From Deltaproteobacteria bacterium (GTDB taxonomy: Bacteria > Desulfobacterota > Dissulfuribacteria > Dissulfuribacterales > QOAL01): a stretch of 64,000 bases of DNA. How positions within the stretch are numbered: the first letter of the stretch is position 1; the number at the start of each line of letters is the position of its first letter. The position numbers and the translations under genes are program-made. This document shows, one piece after another, positions 38,396 through 48,369 of the stretch. The stretch covers positions 12,968-76,967 of the forward strand of contig WGDC01000001.1 in the NCBI GenBank assembly GCA_015493475.1, given 5' to 3'. The notes beneath the pieces are model-generated. The model saw only the letters and a program-made list of their open reading frames with translations, had not been told where the DNA came from and did no database searches.

Positions 38396-39361
38396 ATGGC
38401 ACAGTTCAAGCAGATAAACATGATATATTCAGACCGGTTCCTGGACCATGACACCGGGGGACAGGACCATCCAGAATCCCCGGAGAGGCTGACGCGGATC
38501 ATTAACCACCTGCGCAAGGGCCCGCTCAAGGACTCCCTGAATTTTACGGAGCCTTCGTCTTCAGGTACCGCAGATATTCTCCCAGTCCATTCACGTGAAT
38601 ACCTGCTTCGCTTTGAAGAGGCGTGCCTTTCTGGCAGAGAAACCTTTGGCCACTCTGACAACAGGATATGCTACGACACATATGAGGTGGCCCTTCTCGC
38701 GGCAGGCGCCAGCGAAATGGCCGTGGATATCGCAGAGGAAGCAACGGGCCAGGTGATCTTCAGCCTTGCACGCCCCCCGGGGCACCATGCGGAAGCCGCC
38801 CTCCCCCTCGGCTTCTGCTTCCTCAACAACGTGGCCATTGCAGCAAGATACTGGCAGAGGAAATACGCGAGGAAGCGAATCTTTATCATGGATTTCGACG
38901 CCCACCATGGAAATGGTATCCAGGAAACCTTCGACGAGGATCCAAAGGTGTTCTATGCTAGCATCCACGAACATCCCACCTTCAGTTTTCCTGGTACTGG
39001 ATACGAGGAGGACACGGGCAGCGGCGCCGGCGAGGGATTCACCATGAATATGGCCCTGCCTCCGGGTGCCGCGGAATCTCTTGTGCTTAAGACCCTCAAG
39101 GAGAGAGTAGAGCCAGCCATGGAACAGTTCCAGCCTGACTGCATTATCGCTGCGGCTGGCTTTGACGGCCACGAGGCCGATGACATGTCAGGACTTGCCT
39201 ACTCAACCTCGCTCTTTGGCCACATAGGCTCGTTTCTCGCCGTCTTGGCTGATAGGGTATGCCAAGGCAGGTTGATCAGCATACTTGAAGGCGGGTACAA
39301 CCTTGACTTCCTCGGCCCCTCGGTGGAGATGTACCTTGGCGGTCTTGCAGTAAAAATCTAA
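38396..39361 (+). CDS. histone-deacetylase-family (class II HDAC/AcuC-like) Zn-dependent deacetylase
   Basis: ARPPGHHAE (catalytic His pair), FIMDFDAHHGNGIQ (Zn ligands), ILEGGYNL (catalytic Tyr). Confidence 0.88.
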   Translation: MAQFKQINMIYSDRFLDHDTGGQDHPESPERLTRIINHLRKGPLKDSLNFTEPSSSGTADILPVHSREYLLRFEEACLSGRETFGHSDNRICYDTYEVALLAAGASEMAVDIAEEATGQVIFSLARPPGHHAEAALPLGFCFLNNVAIAARYWQRKYARKRIFIMDFDAHHGNGIQETFDEDPKVFYASIHEHPTFSFPGTGYEEDTGSGAGEGFTMNMALPPGAAESLVLKTLKERVEPAMEQFQPDCIIAAAGFDGHEADDMSGLAYSTSLFGHIGSFLAVLADRVCQGRLISILEGGYNLDFLGPSVEMYLGGLAVKI

Positions 39362-39377
39362 ATCAGAGGTAAAAATT

Positions 39378-40022
39378 ATGTTCGTTACCGGCTACATGAC
39401 AAAAGGGCCCATCACGGTTTCTCCTGAAACCCTTGTTCCCGATGCGAGGAAGATACTCAAGGAAAACGGCTTCAGGCACTTGCCCGTGACAGGCCGAGAC
39501 GGAGAACTGCTTGGCATGGTCACAGACAGGGATATCAGGTCTGCCTTCCCGTCCTCCATTCTTGGAGATAGCGAGAGGAAAAAGATACTGGACCAGGTCA
39601 ACCAATCACCTGTAAGCTCCATCATGAGCACCACGATTTCATGCCTGAACCTGAGATCTACCATAGACGACGCGCTCATCCTCCTTGAAAAACAGAACGT
39701 GGGAGCACTGCCAGTGGTGGACGACGCAAATAAGGTGATCGGCATATTCTCCGTGAGGGACCTGATGGGCGCCTACGGCGAGCTTTTCGGCCTCCACGAA
39801 AAGGGAAGCACCCTCATAAGTATCATGGACAAGAAACAGGGTGCCATCAACAAAGCCTTGAGGGTGCTTAACGAAAAGGGCATCCCCTTCGCCAGGGTTA
39901 TAAGGGCATACCATCCGCTCGAAGACGAAAAGCTGCACCCGGTCATACACGTTAGGGTTCAAACCATGAATCTGCCAGCCGTGAAAAAAGCCATGAAACA
40001 GGCAGGCCTCGAGGTACTGTAA
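39378..40022 (+). CDS. CBS-pair domain protein with ACT-like C-terminus (AcuB-like)
   Basis: YMTKGPITVSP...FRHLPVTGRDGELLGMVTDRDI and IMSTTISCL...GALPVVDDANKVIGIFSVRDL are two CBS motifs. The C-terminal ~70 aa form a small regulatory-type domain. Confidence 0.8.
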   Translation: MFVTGYMTKGPITVSPETLVPDARKILKENGFRHLPVTGRDGELLGMVTDRDIRSAFPSSILGDSERKKILDQVNQSPVSSIMSTTISCLNLRSTIDDALILLEKQNVGALPVVDDANKVIGIFSVRDLMGAYGELFGLHEKGSTLISIMDKKQGAINKALRVLNEKGIPFARVIRAYHPLEDEKLHPVIHVRVQTMNLPAVKKAMKQAGLEVL

Positions 40023-40030
40023 GGGCCATT

Positions 40031-40741
40031 ATGAAGGTATTCATAGCGGGAACTGACACTGGTGTCGGAAAGACCTATGTCACGACGGCCGTCAGTTCTC
40101 TGCTCCTCAGGCAGGGGCTCCATGTCGGGGTCATGAAGTGGGTGGGAACCGGTGGCAAGACTATCAACCCGGACATCACCTATGTAATTGAGAAGACAGG
40201 CATGGCCCGTCTAGTACCAGGCTCACGGCTTTCAGTGTCCTGCCCCTACAATTTCTCCTTCCCAGCCTCTCCGCACCTTTCAGCAACCCTTGAAGGCAGG
40301 AAGATAGACCCAGATTACCTCATGGAAAAGACCAAAGAGGTGGAAAACGAATGCGACGTGGTCATAGTCGAGGGTGTAGGCGGCCTCATGGTTCCGCTTA
40401 CAGAGGAAATCCTCATAGTGGATCTCGTAGAGGCCAGCCGGTGCCCTGTCATCCTCGTTTCACGAAGCGGCCTTGGAACAATAAATCATACACTGCTGTC
40501 GATTGACCTCATCAGAAGAAAGGGCATTGAACTTTACGGCGTGGTTATGAATCGGGCCGGATACGAAGGCAAAAAGGACGAGACGGACGAAAAGATAGTC
40601 AGGGACAACTGTTTAATCATTTCAAAACTTACGAAGGCAGCGGTTTACGGCCCGATTCCCTATGGAGCCGAGCCAGTCTCGGAAATGGCTGCGAGTGTTG
40701 TTGATCCCCTTTCAAAAAGGATACTAAGGAGGATCAAGTGA
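40031..40741 (+). CDS. bioD: dethiobiotin synthase-like ATPase
   Basis: MKVFIAGTDTGVGKTYVT (P-loop), VVIVEGVGGLMVP, RSGLGTINHT. Confidence 0.78.
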   Translation: MKVFIAGTDTGVGKTYVTTAVSSLLLRQGLHVGVMKWVGTGGKTINPDITYVIEKTGMARLVPGSRLSVSCPYNFSFPASPHLSATLEGRKIDPDYLMEKTKEVENECDVVIVEGVGGLMVPLTEEILIVDLVEASRCPVILVSRSGLGTINHTLLSIDLIRRKGIELYGVVMNRAGYEGKKDETDEKIVRDNCLIISKLTKAAVYGPIPYGAEPVSEMAASVVDPLSKRILRRIK

Positions 40742-41520
40742 AGGAAAGCCGATCCGCCGGAGCAGGGCGTCTAAGCATAGTTGGCCTTGGCCCCGGTGAA
40801 ACCCAGTGGATGTGCCGCCCCGCTCTTGAGGCAATAAGGGACGCGGAGGTGGTCTGCGGATACAAGACATACCTGGAGCTTATCGAAGCAATAATCGGGC
40901 CACGACAGGAGATAGTCCAAACGGGCATGAACAGGGAAAAGGACAGGTGCCAAAAGGCAATAGAGCGCGCCCTTGCCGGTAAACGCGTCGCTCTCGTCTG
41001 TAGCGGGGACCCGGGAATCTACGCACTTTCCGGCCTTGTCTTCGAGATACTTAAAAAGATGGACATAACGAGCGAGAGGCTAAGGGTGGACGTAATCCCC
41101 GGTATTCCAGCCCTCAGTGCCTGTGCAGCCCTTCTTGGCGCACCACTCATGCACGATTTTTCCGTGATCAGCCTGAGCGACCTTCTGACACCCTGGCAAA
41201 CAATAGAAAGGCGCATAGAATCTGCCGCCGCCGCAGATTTTGTCACCGTATTTTACAACCCCAGGAGCAGAAAACGCCGAGACCACCTTTCAATGGCCCT
41301 CAAGATCATTTCAAGATACCGGGACGGTAATACTCCTGTAGGAATAGTTACCAAAGCCATGAGGCCAGGGCAGAAGGTTGCCATAACCACCTTATCGGAA
41401 ATTTCCTTGTCCGGGCCTGATGGCTGGAATATAGGGATGCAGTCTCTTGTAATTGTCGGGAACTCCCAGAGCTTCATTTCGAACGGCCGAATCGTGACAC
41501 CGAGGGGATATGAAGTATAG
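40738..41520 (+). CDS. cbiH: precorrin-3B/cobalt-factor III C17-methyltransferase
   Basis: LSIVGLGPGETQWMCRPALEAIRDAEVVCGYKTYLELI...VALVCSGDPGIYA. The GTG start overlaps the bioD stop (GTGA). Confidence 0.85.
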   Translation: MKESRSAGAGRLSIVGLGPGETQWMCRPALEAIRDAEVVCGYKTYLELIEAIIGPRQEIVQTGMNREKDRCQKAIERALAGKRVALVCSGDPGIYALSGLVFEILKKMDITSERLRVDVIPGIPALSACAALLGAPLMHDFSVISLSDLLTPWQTIERRIESAAAADFVTVFYNPRSRKRRDHLSMALKIISRYRDGNTPVGIVTKAMRPGQKVAITTLSEISLSGPDGWNIGMQSLVIVGNSQSFISNGRIVTPRGYEV

Positions 41521-42409
41521 ACTGGTCCCTTTCACTATCATTGCGGCCCTTGTCATTGTGCAGGCATTGGTTGAAACGGCGGCCTTGCCTCAGGTGAATA
41601 CAGCCGAAAAGGGAATAAAGCAGCCGGGACAGTGCGGTAACGAAACCGCCATCACCCTGTCAGGGGTGTATTCCCCATACTCGGTCCACCTTATAAAGGC
41701 TGAGGTTTCCGGTCATGTCGTCAAAATAAACGCCAGGGAAGGACAGATACTCAATGCCGGAGTGCCCATCATGGAAATAGACTGTTCCTCCCTTGAAAAA
41801 GAGCTTGGAAGCTTAGAGGACGTGCTTAACGCCCTTATATCAGAGAGGAAACTGCTACTTCAGGATCTCGAGCTGGCCAGGAAAAAATACGAAAGGTACC
41901 TCAAGCTCAAGAAGGAAGGCCACATAGAGCAGCAGCTCGTGGAAGACATAGAGACCCAAGTCATTTCTGCCGAAAGAGCCGTTATCGGAAACAGGCAAAG
42001 CCAAGCGGAGACAAAGCGTGCCATTGCCGAGATAAAAGACAAAATAAAAAAATCAAGGCCCCGTTTTGACAAACCCCTCTACGTCTCCCAAAACTTCAAG
42101 GAGGTTTACGAAACAGTGGTCCCGGGTGAAAATCTTTCGCGGCTCCTTGACGTATCGCGGGCCAAGATACACATCATACTTTCGCTGTCATGTTTCAAGA
42201 AGCTCGAAACATCCCTGAGGACGCACAGGCCCTTGGCCTTCTCCATCCTGCTGCCGGGTGGCGAACAAATCAAGGCCAGTGGAAGGGCAGAAAAACTCAA
42301 GGTGGACCCTGACAACAGCTACCTCTACAGCTACGGTTTTGACCTTGTGTTTGCCCCCATCAAGGGGCTTTTGTGGGGCCAGGTGGTGCGCATCAAGATA
42401 GAGCTGTAG
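41510..42409 (+). CDS. efflux RND transporter periplasmic adaptor (HlyD/MFP family)
   Basis: N-terminal TM/signal, lipoyl-like hairpin (VSGHVVKINAREGQILNAGVPIMEID), long coiled coil, beta-barrel tail. It precedes the RND pump. Confidence 0.7.
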   Translation: MKYRLVPFTIIAALVIVQALVETAALPQVNTAEKGIKQPGQCGNETAITLSGVYSPYSVHLIKAEVSGHVVKINAREGQILNAGVPIMEIDCSSLEKELGSLEDVLNALISERKLLLQDLELARKKYERYLKLKKEGHIEQQLVEDIETQVISAERAVIGNRQSQAETKRAIAEIKDKIKKSRPRFDKPLYVSQNFKEVYETVVPGENLSRLLDVSRAKIHIILSLSCFKKLETSLRTHRPLAFSILLPGGEQIKASGRAEKLKVDPDNSYLYSYGFDLVFAPIKGLLWGQVVRIKIEL

Positions 42410-42419
42410 CTGCTGTCTC

Positions 42420-45400
42420 ATGAGGATTTCCTCGGACAAAAAAGGCATCCCGGCCTATCTCGTAGGCTTTTTCGTAGACAGGCGGCCTCTTGCCCACACC
42501 CTTACCCTGCTCTTCGTGCTCACCGGCATAATCGCCTATTTCCAACTTCCCCAAGAACTCTTTCCCCCCATTCCCACCAACAAGATAGAGGTAAACGCCT
42601 ACTATCAGGGCACCTCTGCCAATACCTTTGACGACATCGTTACGAGCAGGATAGAGGACGAGGTCCAGAACATCGAGGGTGTCAAGCTCGTTGAATCTGT
42701 AACGAGAGAAGGTTCATGTCTCATCACCATTACCCTTGACGATTCCACCCCGGTGGAAGACACGCTTTTCAAGGTAAGGGATGCCATTGACCGGGTAAAG
42801 CCCGATTTTCCTGAAGACATGGACGACCCAACGGTGGTCAGGAAGATAGAAAAGTATCCCCTTCTCACCCTGTCAATAAGCGGTGCCCCTGAAGAAAAAC
42901 TTCAGGACATAGCAGATGATATCAGGAAGGAAGTGGAGAGGATTCCGGACATCTCAAAGGCCACCATCAACGGAAAGGCCAAGAGGGAGGTGCACATATA
43001 CCTTAAAAACGACGTGCTTGAGGCCCTTGGCATTTCCCCCTTTCAGGTCAAGGAGCTCATCCGTTCCTGGGTAAACAACAGCCCCCTTGGAGAGATAAAG
43101 GAGACGGGAAACCACATATTTATTACGACTCCGGGGGGGAGGCCCTCCCTGTCCTTCTGGAATTCCTTGATCCTTCATACAGGAGGAAAAAAGCTGTTCC
43201 TGTCAAGTATTGCAGACGTGCGCCTTGAGCTTTCCGAGGTAAAGAGCCTTTCACATTTCAACGGAAAGCGGAACATTTCCCTTACCATCTTCAAGACAGC
43301 AAAGGGGTCTTCCATTTACCTGTCAAACAAAATCAGGAAGTTGGTTAAGGAGTGGAAGAAACGCTACAAGGGCCTTGACTTCTCGGTCTACAGCGACCTT
43401 TCCGTTTACATACGAAACAGGCTAAACACGGTCAAATCCTCTGCCGTTGTAGGGCTTATCCTGGTAACCATCTCCCTTTACCTCTTCCTGAACCTGAGGG
43501 TATCCATAACGGTGCTCCTTGGAATCCCCACTGCCTTTCTCATATCCTTTGTATACCTTTACTACAGGGGCGAGACCATAAACATGCTCTCTCTCTTCTC
43601 CTTTCTCATGGCCCTTGGAATGGTGGTAGATGACGCCATAGTCATTGGAGAAAACATCTACAGGAAGATGGAAGCTGGCCTTTCCCACAAGGAGGCCGCA
43701 ATAGAGGGGACCGCAGAGGTGTTCTGGCCAGTGTGCGCAGCAACCTTCACCACTGTTGCCGCCTTTCTTCCCCTCCTCATGGTGGGTGGAGATATTGGAA
43801 AGTTCCTGAAAATAATCCCGGTATTCGTGAGCACAGCACTTCTCGCCTCCCTTGTAGAGGCGCTCTTCATCCTGCCGGTTCACGCAGTAGAGCTTTACAG
43901 GACAGGAGTGGGCAGAAGCCCTTTTTCAAACTGGGAGCCACTTAGAAGTGCGTATTCGGCCCTTCTTGGAAGGCTGATTGACCACAAACGTGCCGCCATT
44001 TCAGGGGCGCTCCTTGTATTTGTTCTCGCCATCCTTGCAATGAAGTTATTCCTCACCTTTACCCTTCTTCCCCAATTTGATGCGGACCAGATATACATAA
44101 GGGGCAAGCTTGCCTCACGCTACGGCATTGAGGATACGGAAAAGGTGGTCTCTGTCATAGAAAAGAGGGTGAAGGAGTGTTTGCCACCTGAAGATCTCGA
44201 CTCCATTGCCACACACATCGGCACATCATTTAACGACAAGATGGAATTTGACGTGGGAGAGGACCTCTTCCAGATATTTGTAAACCTTGAAAAGCCTGCG
44301 CCGCAGAACTTTCTTGAGCGCTTTGTCTATCCTGTAATAATGTTTGGCACCTATACCTTTGGCACAAGGAAACATACGGCAATGGAGCTTGTTAAGGTAA
44401 TCGAGGACCACCTGAAAGACATAAAGATACAGCATCTTACTGTCACAAAGCCAAAGGCGGGAATTGTCCGGGCAGACATAGAGGTATCATTTTCCTATCC
44501 GGGAAAGGATAAGGATCTTGCCTTAAAGAAGATGGTAAAGGCGGCGAAGCTCTTGGAAGAGGCGCTCTCAGAGATAAATGGGGTTGAAAACATTGCGGAC
44601 AACTACGACCCTGGAAAGATCGAGCTTGAACTTCATCTTAACAGGAGGGGAAGGGAGCTTGGATTTTCTGAGGCCTCCTTGGCATCTGCCCTCATTCCCT
44701 ATTATCTCAACATAAAGACGGCCCGCATCATGAAGGATGTCAACAGGGATGTTGTGGTAAGGACCTACCTCCAGGACCGAAAGGACCTTTCAAGGTTTTT
44801 GAAGCTAAGGCTCGAGGTGCCTGGAACGAAACGCCTTGTCTACATAACAGACATCTGCAAAATAGTGCCAAAGAGGGGACTTTCAAGGATATGGAAGGAA
44901 AACGGCGTGCGCCAGATAACGGTCACTGCATCAATTGACACAAAGATCAACACAAGCCGCCAGATCATGGACCTTCTCAGGCCAACCTTTATGAAAATAA
45001 AGAAACTCGGGGTCATAACGGAGATAAAGGGGGAAGAGAAGGTGGCTGGCCGGACCCTCAGGGACCTTGCCCTTGCAGGCACAGTGGCCATTCTTGGCAT
45101 ACTCATTGTGCTTCTTCTCCAGTTCAACTCCTTTGGCGACTCCTTTATAGTGCTTGTCTCTGTGCCCTTTGCCTTTGTTGGAGTAATTGCCGGACATATC
45201 ATAATGGGAAAGCACATATCCATCACATCCCTGCTCGGCTTCGTTGGCCTTTCAGGTGTTGCCGTAAACGACGCCATCATCATGGTGGACTTCTTAAAAA
45301 GACATCTCAAGGAAAACCCGGCCATGGACTTTTTCCTGAAGGCCGCGGCCATCAGGCTAAGGCCAATAATCCTTACATCTGTAACCACCATCCTTAGCCT

Positions 45401-45563
45401 TACCCCTCTCATCTTCTTTGCCACAGGCCAGGCAATGATACTCTCCCCCATGGCCATATCCTTTGGCTACGGCCTCCTTGCTGCAACCATTGGCAATCTC
45501 TTCCTTGTTCCCACTCTCTACTGCCTGGTACACAGAGTCAGGTTCGCCCAGGGGGAGAAGTAG
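42420..45563 (+). CDS. RND efflux permease (AcrB/AcrD/AcrF family)
   Basis: 1047 aa with 12-TM architecture. MALGMVVDDAIVIGENI and GLSGVAVNDAIIMVDF are the conserved RND TM4/TM10 motifs. Confidence 0.92.
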   Translation: MRISSDKKGIPAYLVGFFVDRRPLAHTLTLLFVLTGIIAYFQLPQELFPPIPTNKIEVNAYYQGTSANTFDDIVTSRIEDEVQNIEGVKLVESVTREGSCLITITLDDSTPVEDTLFKVRDAIDRVKPDFPEDMDDPTVVRKIEKYPLLTLSISGAPEEKLQDIADDIRKEVERIPDISKATINGKAKREVHIYLKNDVLEALGISPFQVKELIRSWVNNSPLGEIKETGNHIFITTPGGRPSLSFWNSLILHTGGKKLFLSSIADVRLELSEVKSLSHFNGKRNISLTIFKTAKGSSIYLSNKIRKLVKEWKKRYKGLDFSVYSDLSVYIRNRLNTVKSSAVVGLILVTISLYLFLNLRVSITVLLGIPTAFLISFVYLYYRGETINMLSLFSFLMALGMVVDDAIVIGENIYRKMEAGLSHKEAAIEGTAEVFWPVCAATFTTVAAFLPLLMVGGDIGKFLKIIPVFVSTALLASLVEALFILPVHAVELYRTGVGRSPFSNWEPLRSAYSALLGRLIDHKRAAISGALLVFVLAILAMKLFLTFTLLPQFDADQIYIRGKLASRYGIEDTEKVVSVIEKRVKECLPPEDLDSIATHIGTSFNDKMEFDVGEDLFQIFVNLEKPAPQNFLERFVYPVIMFGTYTFGTRKHTAMELVKVIEDHLKDIKIQHLTVTKPKAGIVRADIEVSFSYPGKDKDLALKKMVKAAKLLEEALSEINGVENIADNYDPGKIELELHLNRRGRELGFSEASLASALIPYYLNIKTARIMKDVNRDVVVRTYLQDRKDLSRFLKLRLEVPGTKRLVYITDICKIVPKRGLSRIWKENGVRQITVTASIDTKINTSRQIMDLLRPTFMKIKKLGVITEIKGEEKVAGRTLRDLALAGTVAILGILIVLLLQFNSFGDSFIVLVSVPFAFVGVIAGHIIMGKHISITSLLGFVGLSGVAVNDAIIMVDFLKRHLKENPAMDFFLKAAAIRLRPIILTSVTTILSLTPLIFFATGQAMILSPMAISFGYGLLAATIGNLFLVPTLYCLVHRVRFAQGEK

Positions 45564-45611
45564 CCTTCCGGTTTTGAATCTGTTGCCATTTAAGGTAGAG
45601 TTGTCCTTCCC

Positions 45612-47402
45612 ATGAAGAATGTAACTGCGAAAAGAAAACAAGTATCAAGCCCGTTTCTTCCCGCCACAAGGAAGGAGATGGAACAGAGGGGATGGGAAAG
45701 GCCCGATATAGTGGTCGTTACAGGAGACTCTTACGTTGACCACCCCTCCTTTGGTGTGGCCTTAATAGGAAGGTGGCTTGAGGCCTTTGGCTACCGCGTG
45801 GCCATCCTCTCACAGCCAAGATACCAGGATGAGACGGATTTCAAACGCTTTGGAAGGCCAAGGCTCTTTTTGGGCATCACCTCCGGGAACCTCGACTCCA
45901 TAGTTTCAAACTACACGGGAAACGCCCGGGTGAGGAAAAGGGACGCCTACAGCCCCTACGGGGACCCATATTTTCCAGGCCTAAGAACAAAGGGCAACAG
46001 GAGGCGGCCTGACAGGGCCGTCATGGTCTATGCAAACCTTGCAAGAAGGGCATATCCAGGGGTTCCAATAGTGCTTGGAGGCATTGAGGCATCCCTCAGG
46101 AGGTTCATCCACTACGATTACCAGCAGGAAAGGCTGAGAGGCTCGGTCCTTACGGATTCAAAGGCGGACATCCTGGTCTATGGAATGGGTGAGCGCGCCT
46201 GCCTTGAGATAGCAAGACGCATTGAAAAGGGGCGGGAACTTTCCGGGATTGATGGCACATGCACAAGGCTAAGCCCAAAAGAGAAGCTGCCAGAAGGGTG
46301 CCTTTCCCTTCCTTCCTGGGACGACATAACCAAAAACAAGGCACTTTTTCTAGATGCAGAGCTTCAAATAGACAAAAGTGCAAGGAGTGGCACGGCCACT
46401 CCCCTTGTCCAGGCCCAGAAGGGAGGCATGTTGGTTTTGCAAAACCCGCCGGCAAGGCCCATTACGGGTAAGGAAATGGATTTTCTGTACGAGCTTCCCT
46501 TTACCCGCCGACCACATCCGGCCTTTAAAAGGGTGCCCGCCTGGGAGATGATAAAGGACTCCATAACGGTTGTCAGGGGCTGCTTTGGAAACTGCTCCTT
46601 TTGCGCAATTGCCAGGCACCAGGGGCCTGTTGTGACCTCAAGGAGCAAAAAGTCTGTTCTCAGGGAGGTGGAGAGGATTTCAAAAGACAGCTCCTTTTCT
46701 GGCACCATAACAGACCTTGGCGGCCCCACTGCAAACCTATATGGAGTTTCGTGCAAACTGAATAAGAACTGCCGCAAAAGGGACTGCCTCTTTCCAAAGG
46801 TGTGCAAAAACCTTGAGACAAACGAAGAGGGGATGAGGGGCCTTTTGAAGGCAGTGGCAGGGCATCCGGCCGTAAAGCGGGTCTTCATCTCATCTGGTCT
46901 AAGAATGGAGCTTCTTCTTAGGACCCCAAGGCTCCTTGAGGACATACTCAAAAACTACACCCCCGGTGCACTGAAGATAGCTCCTGAGCATACCGAGGAG
47001 GAGGTGCTCATGCTGATGCACAAACCAGGGGCGCTTGTGCTTGAAGAGTTTATTGAAAAGGCAAGGCATGTATTAAGAAGGCTTGGGAAACAAAGGGAAA
47101 TCACCGCCTATTTCATGACATCTCACCCGGGCTGCACACTTTCCCACATGGAGGCCATGAAGAAAAAACTCAAAAGGCTAAGGCTCCCTGTCAGGCAGTT
47201 TCAGGACTTTACCCCCACTCCAGGCACCATATCAACTGCCATGTATGTTACAGGCCTTGACAGGTACCACAAAAGGCCCATCTTTGTGGCCAGAAAAAGG
47301 GGGGAAAGGATGGCACAAAGAAGAATCCTGGAGTCTGTCATGAAAGAGACAAAGAGCGAAAAGACGGATGTTCAGTCACAGGGTAAAAATAGGAAAACTT
47401 GA
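45612..47402 (+). CDS. ygiQ: YgiQ-family radical SAM protein (UPF0313)
   Basis: FLPATRKEMEQRGWERPDIVVVTGDSYVDHPSFGVALIGR is the YgiQ N-terminus. Radical SAM cluster GCFGNCSFCAI. Confidence 0.9.
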   Translation: MKNVTAKRKQVSSPFLPATRKEMEQRGWERPDIVVVTGDSYVDHPSFGVALIGRWLEAFGYRVAILSQPRYQDETDFKRFGRPRLFLGITSGNLDSIVSNYTGNARVRKRDAYSPYGDPYFPGLRTKGNRRRPDRAVMVYANLARRAYPGVPIVLGGIEASLRRFIHYDYQQERLRGSVLTDSKADILVYGMGERACLEIARRIEKGRELSGIDGTCTRLSPKEKLPEGCLSLPSWDDITKNKALFLDAELQIDKSARSGTATPLVQAQKGGMLVLQNPPARPITGKEMDFLYELPFTRRPHPAFKRVPAWEMIKDSITVVRGCFGNCSFCAIARHQGPVVTSRSKKSVLREVERISKDSSFSGTITDLGGPTANLYGVSCKLNKNCRKRDCLFPKVCKNLETNEEGMRGLLKAVAGHPAVKRVFISSGLRMELLLRTPRLLEDILKNYTPGALKIAPEHTEEEVLMLMHKPGALVLEEFIEKARHVLRRLGKQREITAYFMTSHPGCTLSHMEAMKKKLKRLRLPVRQFQDFTPTPGTISTAMYVTGLDRYHKRPIFVARKRGERMAQRRILESVMKETKSEKTDVQSQGKNRKT

Positions 47403-48369
47403 GGTATCCCCTCCCCTTTTCCTTGCACCAATGGCAGGCCTTACCCACAGCGGCCTGAGACAGCTCATTTTGGATTTTGGAGGTGTTGGCCTCCTTTCAA
47501 CCGAGATGCTTTCCGCCTCAAGCCTTCCCCAGGAAAACCCCTCCATATCCCCATACCTTTTTAGGGCCCAAAGGGAACGCCCCATGAGCTATCAGCTCCT
47601 TGTCTACAGTGCCAGACATGTGGAAAAGGCAGTGGAGAAAATAGAGGAACTTGGCGCAGACGCCGTGGACATAAACCTTGGCTGTGGCGCACCAAAGGTG
47701 GTGAAGAAGGGAGGTGGAGTCGCCCTATCAAGAGACGTGAAAAGACTCCGCGAGATAGTCTCGAAAGTAAAAGAGACCACGGCTCTTCCTGTTACGGTAA
47801 AGATAAGGCTTGGGCCAAGAACGGATGTTAAGGCATTTGAGGACAGGTGCCGCATCCTTGAAGACCTTGGCATTGACGCACTTTACGTCCATGCACGTTT
47901 TGACAAGGAACCATTTGCAAGGCCACCAAGGTGGGAGATTGCGGCAAGCGCCAAAAGGGCGCTTTCCATCCCTGTCATCATTAACGGTGGCATCTTTTCC
48001 ATAGAGGACGCAAAAAGATGCCTTGAGATTACCGGCGCAGACGGGATCATGATAGGAAGGGGTGCGGCCATCAGGCCTTGGATATTCAGGCAGATAAAAG
48101 AAACCCTATTTGATGGAAAGGGTGACTTTGATGCCTCAAAAGTCAACCTGCTGGAGGTATGGCTAAGGTTTTTTGACTATCTCGAGGGGCTTTTTCTGCC
48201 AGAAAGACGCCTTGGAAGGCTAAAGGAGTTTACCCACTACTTCTCACAAAACTACGCCTTTGGAAACAGGTTTGCCATGGCGGTCCAACGCTCCAGGACC
48301 ATGGAGGAGGCAAGATCACGGGCAATGGAATTTTTCGAAAAAAACGAGACGCCTCGAGTCCTTGCATAA
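47368..48369 (+). CDS. tRNA-dihydrouridine synthase
   Basis: PLFLAPMAGLTH...AVDINLGCGAPKV...VTVKIRLG...IPVIINGGI...GIMIGRGA are Dus family motifs. Confidence 0.9.
   Translation: MFSHRVKIGKLEVSPPLFLAPMAGLTHSGLRQLILDFGGVGLLSTEMLSASSLPQENPSISPYLFRAQRERPMSYQLLVYSARHVEKAVEKIEELGADAVDINLGCGAPKVVKKGGGVALSRDVKRLREIVSKVKETTALPVTVKIRLGPRTDVKAFEDRCRILEDLGIDALYVHARFDKEPFARPPRWEIAASAKRALSIPVIINGGIFSIEDAKRCLEITGADGIMIGRGAAIRPWIFRQIKETLFDGKGDFDASKVNLLEVWLRFFDYLEGLFLPERRLGRLKEFTHYFSQNYAFGNRFAMAVQRSRTMEEARSRAMEFFEKNETPRVLA

Noticed and set aside
36704-38661. 275-aa and 225-aa minus-strand ORFs (36704-37531, 37984-38661)
   Set aside because: They are antisense to the Pat-like and HDAC genes, are low-complexity and Arg/Ser/Pro-rich, and have no motifs. 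They are shadow ORFs.
44840-45457. 205-aa minus-strand ORF inside the RND pump gene
   Set aside because: It is a shadow ORF antisense to a 1047-aa RND permease that has canonical motifs.
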